The notes beneath the pieces were generated by a model that saw nothing but the letters and a program-made list of their open reading frames with translations, had not been told where the DNA came from and searched no databases. Shown here piece by piece: positions 61,402 to 64,000 of a stretch of 64,000 nt of DNA (positions within the stretch are counted from its first letter, which is position 1; each line of letters opens with the position of its first letter). The position numbers and the translations under genes are program-made. Origin of the DNA: Chiloscyllium plagiosum (lineage: Eukaryota). The DNA lies in NCBI RefSeq assembly GCF_004010195.1, contig NC_057758.1:6472650-6536649 (forward strand), written 5' to 3'.

Positions 61402-61850
61402 CAAATTGAAACTGTGACCATCAGTCGAGAAAGGTGAAGCCTTCCAAACTTGCCATTTGTTACTTTTTGGCAATGCCAGCCACACATCTAATACTTGTCA
61501 TTTTCAATGTCCTACTGGACAGAATTATCATTATTAATACCCCAATTTCATTCATTGACATCACTCTTCTGTAAGCTTTCAGAATTGCTCTGTTTCTTAT
61601 GACAATGCCCTGTTCTGTTCACATTTGCTTTCATATTTCATCGCTTTCCCCTCATTTCTGGTCACAAATTAAAGTCAAGATACGACATGAAGAGAACAGC
61701 GACTGTGGTTATTTGATACTGCAAGTGCTGTCAGTTGTTTCTGGTCAATTCCTGATAACTTGCATTTGAACCTGCTGTTGTTAGTAAAAATGTCTTTTAA
61801 TGTTGCAGCTGAACACTACAATATTACTCCACTTTCTTCTGGACTATAAT
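61402..61850 (+). pseudogene. GPR139-like GPCR pseudogene, exon 2 (partial; stops and frameshifts)
   Basis: YFLAMPATHLILVIFNVLLDRI...FIDIT..*AFRIALFLMTMPCSV/FTFAFIFHRF..ISGHKLKSRY..KRTATVVI. Confidence 0.75.
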
Positions 61851-62985
61851 TTGACTTGATATTATTTTATTTTATTTTATTTATAATCCTGCTTAACTGA
61901 GCAGAGCGAAATGGCTTTTTGTGAACAGCACAGGCATATCATAGTAATCAAGGATATATAGATGATAGAATGAAAAAAAAACACTGGACAGATAAAGCCA
62001 TGCGACACACAAAACATCCGCGAGGCAAGGTCAACATTAAAACGTTGAGCAATAATTGGAGTTAAAGACTTCATTAATCAGTCTAATAAGAGCAGAGAAG
62101 AAGCGACACTTGAACACGTCAGTTCGTGTTCTCAAACTTCTGTACCTTCTGCCTGGCAGAAACGGTTGCCGGAAAGTATTTCTGACTGGTTTGGGTCTTT
62201 CATGACGTTGGCAACTTCTCCGTGGAAACGAGACTTGACGATAGAGTCTATAAATGGGAGATTGGATTCCGGGATGATCTCAGCTGTGCACACGTCCTAC
62301 TGTAGTTTCTTCAGGTTCTGCGCAGAGCAGTTGCCGTATCAGGCCATTCTGCACCCGGCAGTATGCTCTCTATGGTGCATCTGTAAAGGTTGGTGAGGGT
62401 TGTTTTGGACATGCCAATTTTTTTGCGCCGCCTGAGGAAGAATTGATGTTTTGACATCTTCTTGACATTCTCATCTACGTGGGAAGTACAGGACAGATTG
62501 TCGGTTATCATCACTCTGAGGAACTTGAAGCTCTCAACTCTCTCAAACTCCACTCAGTTAATATAGATACGATTGTGTTCTCCTCTTTTTTTCTGAAGTC
62601 CGTTGTCAGTTCATTAGTTTTACTAACATTGAGAGAGATAGTTATCATTGTACCACGTAACAAAACCCTCGATCTCTTTTCTTTCTTCTGAGCTCTCATC
62701 GTTGTTTGATATCTTTCCGAGCGTGGTCATCTCGTCAGCAAACGTGGAGATGGCGTTCGTTCTGCACATGTCGTGGATGTGCAGGGAGTATGGTAGGGGC
62801 GGAGAACACATCTTTCTAGGCGCCAATATTGAGTGTTTTGACGGAGGAGATACAGTGGGCTATCTTCACTGATTGCCATCTCTGGTCAGGAAGCTCAGTA
62901 TATAGTCAGAAAGGGTGGTGCTGAGGTCTTACCTCTGAATTTTTAGATCTGTCTTCTTTGGCAATGGTGTTGAACACACGGCTGT
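61850..62985 (-). mobile_element. Rex1/Babar-type LINE: reverse-transcriptase C-terminus plus 3' tail
   Basis: ERVESFKFL..ITDNLS..SHVD..VKK...FFLRR..K.G....LTNLYRCTIESIL; LNVSKTNEL..DFRK; FADE.T. Confidence 0.85.
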
Positions 62986-63129
62986 CGTCAACATTCACAT
63001 TGTGAAGATAACACATCCCTCATATTTTCTTTGGAACACAGAAATATCCAAACATTCAGTGCTCTCAGATTATGGAACATGAATGATATTTGCATCCGCC
63101 TCTCTTTTATTCTTTCCGCAATACACCAT

Positions 63130-63380
63130 TCGTTGATATAGTTTTCACATCTATTTGTAAGTCTACTGTAAAGAAAATTTGTCAACAGCTAAGAAATCGA
63201 CATCAACAAAATCTGAAGCATGAATAACAAATAGCTTAAGGAAGAACTGATTCGATTTTCGCAACGATTTGAGCTTGACTTCTGGAATCTAATGTAAGAC
63301 GAGCTACCATTGGCGGAATTGGACAAATTTGCTTACTTTATCAGCGTCGTGATTTGATTGAAAAACTTAGTATCTCCCAC
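63130..63380 (+). pseudogene. Possible death-domain remnant
   Basis: One frame with stops: VKKICQQL...SIFATI*A*LLESNVRRATIGGIGQICLLYQRRDLIEKL. Confidence 0.25.
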
Positions 63381-63811
63381 ATTCAGTCGAGAAATTGCAT
63401 GACTAACAAAAAAGCTGAATAACATTAATTGTTCAACCTTGCCACATTAGAGAATGAGTAAAGGAGACAATTCTTGACGTGAATTCACACTTATTACTGA
63501 GTAAATGAATTTGTAATTTCATACAAATTAAATGAAGAGCAAAAAAGTGCACAGCAAATCTTCGCCCCAAATACTTACAACAATCACAAAAACAGAATCA
63601 TAATCACAGAACCCTTGCTCTTATAAAGTGATTCAACAATTGAATAACAAGATTAGGTGGCAGGCCGGCAATATTAATAGGTCACATATAATTGCATGAT
63701 GCTTCCACAATTAAGAAGTCAGATTCTACAATCAATTCAGTCTTTAACATTGGTTAGAATATATAAAATTCAGTTAAATGAGACTATGACATTATTGCAG
63801 ATAGTGGAGAT

Positions 63812-64000
63812 TGGAGCGACATTGCGGCTCAGAATTTAATACTGCTGCCTCCCAGCATCAGGAGCCCGTATTCAATTTCACTCTGTGTGGAATTTGCATT
63901 GTCTCCAGCGTGTTCTGTTTTCCTTCCACAGTCGAAACATGCCCTGTTTTGATATATTGCGAAATGCGTGGTTTGGGTGGCTCTGCCCGGTTTGCCCTTC
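63812..64000 (+). mobile_element. Decayed HE1-like SINE, running off the window
   Basis: ggctcag...actgctgcctcccagc...ttcaatt...tgtgtggaatttgca. Confidence 0.65.

Overview
Eukaryotic, repeat-dense vertebrate DNA. It is almost certainly from a shark or other elasmobranch, judged from HE1-type SINEs and from CR1/HER1-like, L2-like, Rex1/Babar and Penelope-like elements. There are two 500-N gaps. The main find is an apparently intact two-exon beta-defensin gene that the ORF track misses: leader exon 33804-33867 plus exon 2 38103-38224, giving a 61-aa precursor with C-x6-C-x4-C-x11-C-x5-CC. A second intact exon 2 sits at 6689-6810, and several decayed defensin-like exons suggest a birth-and-death cluster. 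Most of the exactly 20,000-bp contig 6035-26034 is a paralog of ~37082-55700, with three large deletions between the two copies. Other gene relics are a GPR139-like GPCR pseudogene with an inverted partial copy, decayed Ig V and C1 exons, a tRNA-Asp pseudogene and a possible death-domain remnant. Many short palindromic Penelope-derived inserts carry minimal hammerhead-ribozyme cores. Two degenerate minisatellites (~54 bp and ~37 bp) are present. All calls are by eye, and repeat boundaries are approximate.
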